In this document: positions 1 through 9,930 of the stretch, piece by piece
Layout of the letters: each line of letters opens with the position of its first letter
Position numbering within the stretch: position 1 is the first letter of the stretch
Assembly: GCA_045642245.1 (NCBI GenBank)
Contig: JAZUIL010000143.1
Location: forward strand, 1,665 to 65,664
DNA from: Bacteroidales bacterium
GTDB taxonomy: Bacteria; Bacteroidota; Bacteroidia; Bacteroidales; UBA3663
Direction of reading: 5' to 3'
Length of the DNA stretch: 64,000 bases
Position numbers and translations under genes: made by a program
Notes under the pieces: generated by a model
The model's input: the letters and a program-made list of their open reading frames with translations, nothing else
Database searches by the model: none
Told to the model about the DNA's origin: nothing

Positions 1-380
1 AACTGAGCCGCACGATCCTTCACACGTTTCATATTACGAAGAAGCTTGGCATTATTTGCATCCGCATCATGATCAAAACCTTCATCTGCAGCATAACGAG
101 CAGACATAACACCAGGCTCCATACCTAAAGCACGGACCTCAAGACCAGAATCATCAGCAAAACAGTCATATCCATAACGAACCTTGACATACTCTGCTTT
201 CTGCAAAGCGTTGCCGCTGAATGTCTGTGATGTCTCTGGAATATCAGTAGTACAACCGATATCTGCCAGAGAAAGAATCTCATAACGCTCAGCTACCTCA
301 GAACCACATGCTTCTAGAAGTGCTGTTACTTCCTTAATCTTATGTGCATTATTTGTTACAAATACAATACGCTTTTTCAT
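1..380 (-). CDS. rdgB: dITP/XTP pyrophosphatase (RdgB/HAM1 family), C-terminal part cut by window edge
   Basis: Not in the ORF track. My reverse translation from ATG (cat at 378-380) gives MKKRIVFVTNNAHKIKEVTALLEA...YDCFADDSGLEVRALGMEPGVMSARYA..., which matches the HAM1/RdgB N-terminus and DDSGL motif. Confidence 0.8.
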   Translation of the reverse strand, partial: MKKRIVFVTNNAHKIKEVTALLEACGSEVAERYEILSLADIGCTTDIPETSQTFSGNALQKAEYVKVRYGYDCFADDSGLEVRALGMEPGVMSARYAADEGFDHDADANNAKLLRNMKRVKDRAAQ

Positions 381-390
381 ACAGAGTACT

Positions 391-1869
391 TTAATATTTC
401 TCGATACGGTTAAGGTCGAGTTTTAAGAAGATGAATAATAAAATAGTAAAAGACCAAAGTCCAGAGCCACCATAACTGAAGAACGGCAGTGGAATTCCAA
501 TCACAGGGACTAATCCGATAACCATTCCTACATTAATTATTACATGGAAAGCAAAAATACTTGCTACACAATAGCCATATACTTGCGCGAATATCGTTCG
601 TTGACGTTCCGCTAGGTAAATCAATCTACATACTAGTATCGCATAGAGTGAAAGGACAAATACACATCCCAAGAACCCTTGCTCCTCACCTACTGTACAG
701 AAGATAAAGTCGGTCTCCTGTTCTGGAACGTATGCAAGTTTTGTTTGTGTTCCTTCAAGATATCCCTTACCAAATAAACCACCCGAACCAATAGCGATCT
801 TTGCCTGATTGACATTATAGCCAGCGCCCCTAAGATCTTCTTTCATTCCTAAAAGGACCTCAATACGACCACGTTGGTGATCCTGAAGCTTATGAAAAGC
901 GAAATCCACTGAATACAAGAAGACGACAAATAGCAAAGAAAAGACGCCGACTACCATGTATTCCTTCAATTTATGAAGCAGGAAAAGCCAGAAACAATAA
1001 CCGATAGTGAAACCACAAATAAGCCAACCTACCCAACGGTATTCAAATGTAAAAGGTAATTCAATAAAATACTTTATAATAGCAGTCACGCCAAAACCTA
1101 TTACAGAAACCATCGTTATCAGGCCAGCCGCTGACATATTATGAGCAAAGAATGCCAACATTCCAGCTATCAAAAATGGAATGAGTGTCAAAACTAGATT
1201 CTGACCGAATAGCGAAGACTGCATTGTTTCTCCTGATTCAAGGATCACTCCCTCTGGTACGGGTTCAATACTATATTTGATACCAAGTACAAATATAAGT
1301 ATAAAGCAGAACCCTGCCCATAAGACAATACCTGACATTCCCTGACGATAGAACAATAATACCAAAGAGAAATAGACCAATGCAGAACCTGTCTCATTTT
1401 GTAAAATGATCAAAAGGACTGGTAAAAGAATTATTCCACAGGCTTTCAGGAAATTAGAGGTTTGTGTAAACTTAAAGTTGTATCCATTAAAAAGCCATGC
1501 CAGCATCAGAGCTGTAGAAAACTTACCGAATTCAGCAGGCTGAATACTTGCACTTCCTATCTTAATCCATGAATGAGATCCATTGATGTTCGTACCAATA
1601 AAAATAGTAACAAACAAGAGAATCATCACCGATATATAAATGATCGGAGCCCAGGACATATATGTCTTGACATCAAAGCACATAATGGCAATGATCAGGA
1701 ACATAGCCAGACCAAACCATACAATCTGCTTTCCGGACGGACGAGCAAAATCGAAGATGGAAGCACCATCGAAATTATAGCTCGCAGCATTGATGGTTGC
1801 CCATCCGGCCAGAACCAGTATTACATATATGATGACTGTTAACCAGTCGAAGTTTCTAAAAAATGACAT
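391..1869 (-). CDS. rodA: Rod shape-determining protein RodA (FtsW/RodA/SpoVE, SEDS family)
   Basis: 492-aa polytopic membrane ORF with SEDS motifs (...GSGGLFGKGYLEGTQTKLAYVPEQETDFIF..., ...PLPFFSYGGSGLWSF...). It is the terminal gene of the mreBCD-mrdA-rodA cluster. Confidence 0.9.
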   Translation of the reverse strand: MSFFRNFDWLTVIIYVILVLAGWATINAASYNFDGASIFDFARPSGKQIVWFGLAMFLIIAIMCFDVKTYMSWAPIIYISVMILLFVTIFIGTNINGSHSWIKIGSASIQPAEFGKFSTALMLAWLFNGYNFKFTQTSNFLKACGIILLPVLLIILQNETGSALVYFSLVLLFYRQGMSGIVLWAGFCFILIFVLGIKYSIEPVPEGVILESGETMQSSLFGQNLVLTLIPFLIAGMLAFFAHNMSAAGLITMVSVIGFGVTAIIKYFIELPFTFEYRWVGWLICGFTIGYCFWLFLLHKLKEYMVVGVFSLLFVVFLYSVDFAFHKLQDHQRGRIEVLLGMKEDLRGAGYNVNQAKIAIGSGGLFGKGYLEGTQTKLAYVPEQETDFIFCTVGEEQGFLGCVFVLSLYAILVCRLIYLAERQRTIFAQVYGYCVASIFAFHVIINVGMVIGLVPVIGIPLPFFSYGGSGLWSFTILLFIFLKLDLNRIEKY

Positions 1870-1877
1870 TAATCAAA

Positions 1878-3743
1878 TCATTTCATAAAGCCCATATACA
1901 TCATTGTCGATGAATGGAGCATATTCTCTTCTTGTCCTTTACGTCTCGGAGATATCTTTCCGTTAATGTATTTCTCAATGACTAACGTTCCAATCGGAAC
2001 TCCAAAGTTTGCACCAAAACCACCATTCTCAACGAAACAGCATACAGCAATCTTCGGTTCATTCATTGGAGCAAATCCCATAAATACCGAATGGTCTCTA
2101 CCATGTGGATTCTGTGCAGTACCTGTCTTTCCACAAAGTTCAATACCCTCAGGATCCATATTTCCTGTTCTGAATACTGTACCGCCCGTTGCTGCAGCTC
2201 TCATTCCCTTTACAATCCAATCATAATGAACCGGATCGACCATCGTCTTATGCTGAATATTAAACGTATCAGGAATAATTGTATCCTGAATGGCTTTGAT
2301 AACGTGCGGAGAGTAATAATATCCACGGTTGGCAATAGTTGCAGCCAGATTAGCGATCTGAAGTGGTGTCGCTAGGATCTCACCTTGTCCGATGGAAATA
2401 GAGATTACATTAATCGGTTTCCATTTTTCTGTTCGGAACGCCTTATTATAATAGGCTCTGTTCGGGATAAATCCTCGTGTCTCTCCCGGAATATCGACAC
2501 CAAGCTTGTATCCATAACCCATGGAAACCATGTAATTCTTCCAAGCCTCAAATGATTCCTGTATACTTGCATATTTCCTATTATTAAGAATATGTACAAG
2601 ACACCAACCGAAATAGCCATTACAAGAACCAGAGATTGCAGGAACAATTGTCCACGCAGCATTTCCATCATGACAACCCATACGGAAGTTACCCATTACA
2701 AAACCTCCATGGCATGGTAAAACAGTCTGAGAAGTAATGGCTCCATCCTGCAGACCGATAAGTCCTTGCGTAGGCTTAAACGTAGATCCAGGAGGATATG
2801 ATGCCGAAACAGCTCGATCATATAATGGCTTATAAGGATCACTGGCCAAGGCTTTGTAATTACGACCTCGTTGACGACCTACAAGCAATCGCGGATCATA
2901 TGTTGGAGAAGAAACCATCGCAAGGATCTCACCTGTCTTAGGTTCAATAGCAACCAAAGCTCCTACTTTATTCACCATCAAGCTCTCAGCATAAGCCTGT
3001 AGATCAGCATCTATTGAGAGAGTTAAGTCTCGACCAGCAATCGGAGAAGAATCATATTTACCATCCTCAAAATGGCCTTTGATACGACCATGAGCATCAC
3101 GAAGAAGGATCTCCTTACCTTTTACTCCACGTAGATAGGACTCATAAGATTTTTCGACACCTAAGTCTCCTGTATAGTCTCCACGCTGATAATAATTATC
3201 TTTTTGCATTTCCTTGGCAGATACTTCTCGAATATTGCCAAGAATATGTGGTGCGATAGGATGTTTATACTGGCGGATGGTACGTGGACGAATCTCAAAT
3301 CCCTTGTATTTGAACATTCGCTGCTGCAACTTTGCATAATCCTGAATTGAAAGCTGTGTAGCAAATGTCTGCTGAGTATAACTTGAATAACCAGGATTCT
3401 TTGAGCGATCCTTAATCTCTCGCATACGATCATTAAAGACATCTAACGAAATACCCAAAGTGTTGCAAAGGTCGAGTGTATCAAGTTCAACGACTTCTCG
3501 CATCGTAACCACGAGATCGTAAGCAGGCTGATTATACACAAGCAACTCTCCATTACGATCATAAATCATTCCTCGAGCCGGATAAACCGTTCGAGTAAGG
3601 AATGCATTATCCTGTGCCATGATCTTATACTTCTTCTCTACAACCTGCAGGAAGAATAAACGAATAACATAGACCAGAAGAATCAGCAAAACTAATCCTC
3701 CTACAACAAATCTACGCTTTTCGAGTTCAAAATCATGTTGCAT
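1878..3743 (-). CDS. mrdA: Penicillin-binding protein 2 (elongasome transpeptidase)
   Basis: 621 aa with an N-terminal TM helix and class B PBP motifs STFK (PGSTFKPTQG), SCN and KTGT (GKTGTAQ). Located between mreD and rodA. Confidence 0.9.
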   Translation of the reverse strand: MQHDFELEKRRFVVGGLVLLILLVYVIRLFFLQVVEKKYKIMAQDNAFLTRTVYPARGMIYDRNGELLVYNQPAYDLVVTMREVVELDTLDLCNTLGISLDVFNDRMREIKDRSKNPGYSSYTQQTFATQLSIQDYAKLQQRMFKYKGFEIRPRTIRQYKHPIAPHILGNIREVSAKEMQKDNYYQRGDYTGDLGVEKSYESYLRGVKGKEILLRDAHGRIKGHFEDGKYDSSPIAGRDLTLSIDADLQAYAESLMVNKVGALVAIEPKTGEILAMVSSPTYDPRLLVGRQRGRNYKALASDPYKPLYDRAVSASYPPGSTFKPTQGLIGLQDGAITSQTVLPCHGGFVMGNFRMGCHDGNAAWTIVPAISGSCNGYFGWCLVHILNNRKYASIQESFEAWKNYMVSMGYGYKLGVDIPGETRGFIPNRAYYNKAFRTEKWKPINVISISIGQGEILATPLQIANLAATIANRGYYYSPHVIKAIQDTIIPDTFNIQHKTMVDPVHYDWIVKGMRAAATGGTVFRTGNMDPEGIELCGKTGTAQNPHGRDHSVFMGFAPMNEPKIAVCCFVENGGFGANFGVPIGTLVIEKYINGKISPRRKGQEENMLHSSTMMYMGFMK

Positions 3744-3782
3744 AACGCAAGGGATACAAAGAACCTTAAGAAAAAGGGACTA

Positions 3783-4277
3783 CTACTTATCGTAAGTAGC
3801 AAATTCAAGTGTAATGGTCGCAATAAACGTAAGTATCAAACTGATAATTACTTTCAAGAATGTAGAAAGGATATTAAACAAAGTAAATGCTTCTACAAAA
3901 TACAATAAAATACAGTGTATTGCTAACAAGGTTATAGCAAATCGGATATACGAAGACATACCCATCAGTGAATTTCCTGGTATACCGGATTTCACATCTT
4001 CCGCATTGATATATAGATGCAAGATCGGCATTCTTACCCACATGACAGTTACAGCTGTCAGAGTATGCATTCCTATAGTATTGCTGAAAATATCAATAAT
4101 CAAGCCACACAGAAAACCTGCAAGTATCTGGATATTACGATTTACCTCTACAGGCATCTTTAGAAGCGCAATCACATAAACAAGGATCACACCACCAAAC
4201 AACTGTAGATGGTTGAAGAGTAATGTCTGAAGCACTACTCCAATAATAAGCCAGAATATACTATATAATAAAGCCAA
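3783..4277 (-). CDS. mreD: Rod shape-determining protein MreD
   Basis: 164-aa hydrophobic ORF immediately after mreC. The start codon appears to be TTG at 4275-4277. Size, position and TM pattern are typical of MreD. Confidence 0.7.
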   Translation of the reverse strand: MALLYSIFWLIIGVVLQTLLFNHLQLFGGVILVYVIALLKMPVEVNRNIQILAGFLCGLIIDIFSNTIGMHTLTAVTVMWVRMPILHLYINAEDVKSGIPGNSLMGMSSYIRFAITLLAIHCILLYFVEAFTLFNILSTFLKVIISLILTFIATITLEFATYDK

Positions 4278-4291
4278 AGCTGATAAACTGA

Positions 4292-5119
4292 TTATTGATT
4301 ACTTTGTGATTCGAGGAAATTCTGTTCCTCCTGAAGTGCATTGTGAATAACATGCACATCATTCAAACGATTGAAGTCAGAGAAAAGTTCAATACGAAGA
4401 CGAAGAAAACTTCCACCTTCATCATAAGACTCTGACACACGTCCTACAGGAACATTTTTGGGGAAAGAGGTTGTATAACCTGTAGTAACAATGGTATCAC
4501 CGACTTCAAACTTCACACTTCGTGGCAAGTCTTCAAGAATGGCATAACGATGATCTTTTCCATCCCATACCAATGAACCGAAAGACTCATTGTTCTTGAT
4601 CATCACCGAAAGACGAAGCTTCGGATTCAGGACACTAATAACCAAAGAATAATGCTCACTAACTTTAGAAACAATGCCGACAACACCATTCTGATCAGCT
4701 ACACCTAAGTCCTGAGTTACACCATCACGAGCACCTTTATCAAGAGTGATATAGTTCTCTGCTTGAGTAATACTATTACCTACCACATGAGCCATCATAT
4801 ACTCATATTGAGTGATAGTATCAGCCATCTTTTTCTCTTCATCTTGATAATAAAGCAATTGCTGACGAAGAGAAAGATTTTCTGCCTCAAGCTGACCAGT
4901 ACGATTCAAAAGATCCTCATTAATATCTCTCAAACCTATATAGCCCGTCACATTACTCTGAAAATCGTATATACTACCTACTACTGCATTGGCACTGCCG
5001 AACCAGATACTCCTATGATAAGGATTATTCTGGCACAGCAACACTATGCTTATAATCACCAAAAACAGCCACAGGAAAAAAGGGCTGTTTTTGGCAAAGA
5101 AATTAAGTAGATTTTTCAT
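4292..5119 (-). CDS. mreC: Rod shape-determining protein MreC
   Basis: 275 aa with an N-terminal TM helix, a coiled-coil segment (LEAENLSLRQQLLYYQ) and a beta-rich MreC domain. Located between mreB and mreD. Confidence 0.85.
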   Translation of the reverse strand: MKNLLNFFAKNSPFFLWLFLVIISIVLLCQNNPYHRSIWFGSANAVVGSIYDFQSNVTGYIGLRDINEDLLNRTGQLEAENLSLRQQLLYYQDEEKKMADTITQYEYMMAHVVGNSITQAENYITLDKGARDGVTQDLGVADQNGVVGIVSKVSEHYSLVISVLNPKLRLSVMIKNNESFGSLVWDGKDHRYAILEDLPRSVKFEVGDTIVTTGYTTSFPKNVPVGRVSESYDEGGSFLRLRIELFSDFNRLNDVHVIHNALQEEQNFLESQSNQ

Positions 5120-5163
5120 TCGTAATATACGTCTTTTCCCAAATATGAATTATTGGGAAACGA

Positions 5164-6177
5164 TTATCGGATCAAGAATGGGAATCGATCAATATTCTGA
5201 AGAGCGATACCTACACCCTTAGCAACACTGAGCAATGGATCCTCTGCCACATGGAAAGGAATACCAATCTTATCCTGAAGACGCTTATCAAGACCACGAA
5301 GCAATGCGCCACCACCTGCGAGATAAATACCGTTACGAACGATATCAGCATAAAGCTCAGGTGGTGTCTGCTCAAGACCTGTAAGAACAGCTGCCTCAAT
5401 CTTAGAAATAGACTTCTCGATACAGTGAGCGATCTCCTGATAACTTACTGGAACCTCCATAGGAAGTGCAGTCATACGGTTAGGACCACGAACAATGAAG
5501 TCTTCTGGTGGATTATCGAGTACAGTGAGAGCTGAACCTACGTTGAACTTAATCTGCTCAGCAGTTGGAACACCAACCTTGATGTTGTGCTGACGGCTCA
5601 TATACTCCATAATATCCTGTGTAAGATCATTACCAGCGATACGAATAGAGTTGTTGGTTACAAGGCCTCCAAGTGAGATTACAGCAATCTCAGTAGAACC
5701 ACCACCGATATCAACAACCATGTTTCCTTCTGGAGCAAGGACATCAATTCCAATACCAATAGCAGCAGCCATTGGCTCGTAAAGCAAATAAACGTCACGA
5801 CCACCAGCGTGCTCACTTGAGTCACGTACAGCACGAAGCTCAACCTCCGTAGAACCAGAAGGAACACCAACAACCATACGAAGCTGTGGAGTAAAGAGAT
5901 GCTTGTTGCTGAATGCCATCTTCACGAGGCCGCGGATCATAAGCTCTGCAGCGTTGAAGTCGGCAATGACACCGTCGCGTAAAGGACGGACAGTGCGGAT
6001 ATTGGCAGGAGTCTTACCCTCCATCTGCTGTGCACGATGACCTACGGCTACCATCTTATCTCCCTCAAGAGCGACGATAGAAGGTGCATTGAGCACAATC
6101 TTGCCATTATGAATGATGACAGTATTGGCCGTTCCAAGGTCAATAGCCACCTCTTGTGTCAAATTGAAAAAACCCAT
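5164..6177 (-). CDS. mreB: Rod shape-determining protein MreB (actin-like ATPase)
   Basis: 337 aa with IDLGTANTVI, VGVPSGSTEVE and VVDIGGGSTEIAVISLGG actin-fold phosphate motifs. Confidence 0.95.
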   Translation of the reverse strand: MGFFNLTQEVAIDLGTANTVIIHNGKIVLNAPSIVALEGDKMVAVGHRAQQMEGKTPANIRTVRPLRDGVIADFNAAELMIRGLVKMAFSNKHLFTPQLRMVVGVPSGSTEVELRAVRDSSEHAGGRDVYLLYEPMAAAIGIGIDVLAPEGNMVVDIGGGSTEIAVISLGGLVTNNSIRIAGNDLTQDIMEYMSRQHNIKVGVPTAEQIKFNVGSALTVLDNPPEDFIVRGPNRMTALPMEVPVSYQEIAHCIEKSISKIEAAVLTGLEQTPPELYADIVRNGIYLAGGGALLRGLDKRLQDKIGIPFHVAEDPLLSVAKGVGIALQNIDRFPFLIR

Positions 6178-6211
6178 CTACAAATGTAAAAAGTAAAATG
6201 GTAAATGAAAA

Positions 6212-6811
6212 TTACTTCTGTGACTCGAACCAAGCGTGGATAGCTGTGTCGTAGTGAGAAGATACGCCAAATGCCTGTTCTGCAAATGAGATACGATCCT
6301 CATAATCGCTCACAGCACCCTTAGCCTTAAGCATATCAGCGAGCTGCTGATACTGAGCCTTTGATGCTACAATGATTACGTCATTGAAATTCTTTGCAGC
6401 AGCACGGATCAAAGAAATACCACCGATATCGATCTTCTCAATAATACTCTGGAAGTCTGCACCACTAGCAACGGTCTGCTCAAATGGATAAAGATCAACG
6501 ATAACAAGATCAATTTCAGGAATCTCATACTTTGCCATCTGCTCCTGATCGCCTTCATTGTCACGGCGACCAAGAATACCACCAAATACCTTTGGATGAA
6601 GGGTCTTAACACGACCTCCAAGAATTGATGGATAAGAAGTAAGATCCTCTACAGCATTGCAAGGAATGCCAAGTTCCTCAATGAACTTCTGAGTACCACC
6701 GGTTGAAAGAAGAGTTACGCCATTAGCGTGAAGCATTTTAATGATCTCGTCGAGTCCGTCCTTGTGAAATACTGATACAAGGGCTGTCTTAATTTTCTTC
6801 TGAGCGCTCAT
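6212..6811 (-). CDS. Stand-alone IMP cyclohydrolase (MGS-like) domain protein. It corresponds to the N-terminal third of bifunctional PurH, with no AICAR formyltransferase domain.
   Basis: 199 aa: KTALVSVFHKDGL...STGGTQKFIEELGIPC..VEDLT.YPSILGGRVKTLHPKVFGGILGRRD...DLVIVDLYPFE...IDIGGISLIRAAAKNF matches the PurH IMPCH domain. The ORF stops right after ...SSHYDTAIHAWFESQK, only 34 nt before mreB. Confidence 0.8.
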   Translation of the reverse strand: MSAQKKIKTALVSVFHKDGLDEIIKMLHANGVTLLSTGGTQKFIEELGIPCNAVEDLTSYPSILGGRVKTLHPKVFGGILGRRDNEGDQEQMAKYEIPEIDLVIVDLYPFEQTVASGADFQSIIEKIDIGGISLIRAAAKNFNDVIIVASKAQYQQLADMLKAKGAVSDYEDRISFAEQAFGVSSHYDTAIHAWFESQK

Positions 6812-6882
6812 ATATGTAATTATTTTTGTTTCAAATTTTGATTAACGACTCACCTGATTTCAGGGATCCCAAAGGGGTCTAC

Positions 6883-8790
6883 CTATTTTTGCGGTGCAAA
6901 GATAGTAAAAATTTTGGAAATACAATCATTATCGCATCCAAATTTTAAAATAAATTTTCTATTACCAATCTTAAGCATTGCCTCCTGCCCTAACTTGGCA
7001 GTTGGAACTAACAGTTTTTCCGGAGATGGATTCTTATAGCGTGGACACTGACCAAATGCATACTTCAAACAGTGTTTTGTTTGCATCACCATTCCTTCTT
7101 TAGAATGTTGAATTTCAAAAGCATCTTCCACATCCTCAATATGCATTTTAGAATAGGTTTGACGTGCTTTCTCATTGAGTACATTTGCCAAAAAAGTTGA
7201 TGGCAAAATGCCTTTTGCATCAAGTAATTCAGCACGCTTTATATAATCAGGAGCAGAGAAGTTTTTGCGAGATGCAGATTGCAATTTTTCACGTTTCTCA
7301 ATTAATGCGCTTACACATTGACGACGTAAATCGGCTAAAATTGATAAGGGAATAAACAATTCATTGTCTTTTATCCATAAAATTTCGCCAGCCTCAAAAA
7401 TTGTATCGCCTAATTTTGAAAGTTGTTTTTTTACATTCTCTTCTTGTGGTTTTTCTGAAGAATCGAAAGATCCTTTTATACATACTTCTACCCTATCTTC
7501 AGGACATGTTTCCATAGCAAGAAGCAGTTTTTCGGGAGTTGAATTCAAAACAATTTTGACTGCAATCTTGCGTTTTGAAGATGTTTTAGAAAGCAGTTGT
7601 TCAAATCGAACATCTAAGTTTCTATATACTTTCATCCCTGGTTTGATCTGCTGACAGATCTTAACACCATCAAGCGGAAAACACAAATGTGATGAAGAAT
7701 CGTAACGATTAAGACGGAATCCTATATCCCCGACAACTAATCCATCACCATTATTCAAAGCCTGACCATCAAACATAAAGGAATCTTTGCCAACTCGTAC
7801 TACTTTTCCAACGAATTCACCCATGGATTTCGGAGAAACAAAATTCCACATCGGCTCTCGTTCTCCATTTACAAAGTACGAGGTAAATCCTCGATTGAAA
7901 CTCTTTTCTAGTACAGGATCAAACGTATATACACAATGTCCTTGACTAATCGATTGCCAATCAGGATGTTTTTCAAGCAATGAATCAATAAGTCGACGAT
8001 AATAAGCCACCACATTCTTCACATATGAAACATCCTTCAGACGACCTTCGATCTTCAAAGAAGTAACACCTGCTTCTATAAGTTGTTCTATATAGTTGCT
8101 ACGATTCATATCTCGTAACGAAAGCAGATGTTTCTCCTTGGCAAGAAGTAATCCATTATCATCGAATGTATTATCATTCGTAATTCCATACAAATCCATC
8201 GGCAGACGACAAGGCTGAGCACACTCTCCTCTATTTGCACTTCGACCAGTCAAAGCTGCGCTCATATAACATTGTCCACTAATACAAACACATAAGGCAC
8301 CATGAACAAAACATTCTAATTCTACATCAGGAATCGCATTATGAATAGCACGAATCTGATCGACAGAGAGTTCTCGTGCCATAACAACGCGTGTCATTCC
8401 AAGATCTCGCATTAAGCGAACTTTCTCAATCGTACGATTATCGGTTTGGGTACTTGCATGCAATTCTATAGGAGGTAAATTTAGCTGAAGTAAACCTAAA
8501 TCCTGAATGATGAGGGCATCAACACCTGCTTCATAAAGTTGCCAAATCAGACGCACTGCTTCTTTCAGTTCAGAATCAGTAAGGATCGTATTAAAAGCGA
8601 CTATGGTCTTTGCACCATATTGATGACCGAAGGTTGCTAAACGAGCAATATCTTCGACAGAATTACCAGCAGCGGCACGGGCACTAAAGGCTGGAGCGCC
8701 GATATATACTGCATCAGCGCCATGACGAAAAGCTTCTATACCAATCTCTGCATTACGAGCCGGAGCAAGGAGTTCTATTCTTCTTTGCAT
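6883..8790 (-). CDS. U32 family peptidase-like protein (long form with C-terminal extension)
   Basis: 635 aa. The U32 signature ECFVHGALCVCISGQCYMS...GRSANRGECAQPCR is present, and the N-terminus reads MQRRIELLAPARN. Confidence 0.8.
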   Translation of the reverse strand: MQRRIELLAPARNAEIGIEAFRHGADAVYIGAPAFSARAAAGNSVEDIARLATFGHQYGAKTIVAFNTILTDSELKEAVRLIWQLYEAGVDALIIQDLGLLQLNLPPIELHASTQTDNRTIEKVRLMRDLGMTRVVMARELSVDQIRAIHNAIPDVELECFVHGALCVCISGQCYMSAALTGRSANRGECAQPCRLPMDLYGITNDNTFDDNGLLLAKEKHLLSLRDMNRSNYIEQLIEAGVTSLKIEGRLKDVSYVKNVVAYYRRLIDSLLEKHPDWQSISQGHCVYTFDPVLEKSFNRGFTSYFVNGEREPMWNFVSPKSMGEFVGKVVRVGKDSFMFDGQALNNGDGLVVGDIGFRLNRYDSSSHLCFPLDGVKICQQIKPGMKVYRNLDVRFEQLLSKTSSKRKIAVKIVLNSTPEKLLLAMETCPEDRVEVCIKGSFDSSEKPQEENVKKQLSKLGDTIFEAGEILWIKDNELFIPLSILADLRRQCVSALIEKREKLQSASRKNFSAPDYIKRAELLDAKGILPSTFLANVLNEKARQTYSKMHIEDVEDAFEIQHSKEGMVMQTKHCLKYAFGQCPRYKNPSPEKLLVPTAKLGQEAMLKIGNRKFILKFGCDNDCISKIFTIFAPQK

Positions 8791-8815
8791 TATAAAATAT
8801 TGAAAATTACTGCTG

Positions 8816-8823
8816 CAAAGATA
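8816..8823 (-). promoter_or_regulatory. Bacteroidetes -7 promoter box TATCTTTG for the U32 peptidase transcription unit
   Basis: The plus strand reads CAAAGATA, so the minus strand reads TATCTTTG (TAnnTTTG consensus), about 25 nt upstream of the ATG at 8790. Confidence 0.55.
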
Positions 8824-8886
8824 GCAATTATTTTAGAAATTGAATGTTTTTTATAAGTATTTTTTGTTAATTATATAAAATAGGTG

Positions 8887-8894
8887 TATCTTTG
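8887..8894 (+). promoter_or_regulatory. Bacteroidetes -7 promoter box TATCTTTG for the BASS transporter / methyltransferase unit
   Basis: TATCTTTG lies inside the GTG-started ORF-track model, which argues the real start is the ATG at 8923. Confidence 0.55.
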
Positions 8895-8922
8895 CACAGA
8901 TTTTACAAACACAATTCTTCCG

Positions 8923-9924
8923 ATGCTTAAGTATCTTCCTGTTATAAGCCATTTCATGAGCCGTTATTGCTCATGGATTGTCATTGCTGCAGCCGTAATC
9001 AGTGGCTTTTTTCCTCAAACATTTTCATGGGTTCAGCAAGGTCAGCGTCCTTCCATTATCCTTGGTATTATCATGCTTACCATGGGATGCACACTGACTA
9101 CTGACGACTTCAAAACAGTACTTAAAAGACCTATTGATATCTTTCTAGGAACTCTTGCTCAGTTTACGATTATGCCTTTCGTAGCCTATGGACTGACCAA
9201 AATATTTGGACTTGATCCCTTCCTATCGGCCGGCATTATTCTCGTTGGTTGCTGTCCAGGTGGAGTATCAAGTAATATTATGTCCTTCCTGTGTCATGGT
9301 GACGTAGCATTTTCGGTTGGAATGACTACAGTTAGCACTATTTTAGCACCTATCATGACACCTATGATGGTCTTATGGCTTGCCGGACAGCAGATCGAAG
9401 TCGATGCATGGGGAATGTTTCAAAATATATGTTATGTTACACTCCTTCCCGTTGCTTGTGGTTGTGCATTCAATTATTTCTTTGGTCATCGCAAAGACTT
9501 CAAAGATATCCAAACCATAATGCCAGGTATCTCTGTATTCTGTCTCGCATTGATTGTTGGAGGAGTCATCTACACAGTACATCCGCGTTTAGAAGAGAAT
9601 GGCATTGAACTTATCTTCTTGACACTCGCAGTGGTTACTTGTCACAATGGACTTGGTTATCTTCTTGGTTATTTCATAGGTAAGATATTTGGTTTTAACG
9701 TAGCAAAACGACGCACTTTAAGTATTGAAGTAGGTATGCAGAATGCTGGTATGGCAACTGTGCTAGCAGGAAATTTCTTTGCTACTCCTGCGGCAATAGC
9801 CGTGAATCCGATGGCAGCTCTTAGCGTAGTTCCTTGTGCTATTTCTTGTGCTTATCATAGTATTTCTGGTACCATTCTGGCTTCTTGGTTTGCATGGCGG
9901 GATAAAAAGAATAATAAGTTATAA
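8923..9924 (+). CDS. Bile acid:sodium symporter (BASS) family transporter
   Basis: Polytopic membrane ORF with BASS-like segments (...LILVGCCPGGVSSNIMS..., ...IEVGMQNAGMATVLA...). The start is trimmed from 8884 to the ATG at 8923, downstream of the promoter box. Confidence 0.75.
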   Translation: MLKYLPVISHFMSRYCSWIVIAAAVISGFFPQTFSWVQQGQRPSIILGIIMLTMGCTLTTDDFKTVLKRPIDIFLGTLAQFTIMPFVAYGLTKIFGLDPFLSAGIILVGCCPGGVSSNIMSFLCHGDVAFSVGMTTVSTILAPIMTPMMVLWLAGQQIEVDAWGMFQNICYVTLLPVACGCAFNYFFGHRKDFKDIQTIMPGISVFCLALIVGGVIYTVHPRLEENGIELIFLTLAVVTCHNGLGYLLGYFIGKIFGFNVAKRRTLSIEVGMQNAGMATVLAGNFFATPAAIAVNPMAALSVVPCAISCAYHSISGTILASWFAWRDKKNNKL

Positions 9925-9930
9925 AGATTC

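Noticed and set aside
8884-8922. N-terminal extensions in the ORF track (also 16180-16230, 19873-19986, 42438-42467, 43894-43938, 55572-55625, 56387-56497, 58042-58068, 48180-48290)
   Set aside because: In each case the extension contains the TAnnTTTG promoter box, overlaps the upstream gene, or precedes an obvious signal peptide or conserved N-terminus. The starts were therefore moved to the downstream initiation codon.
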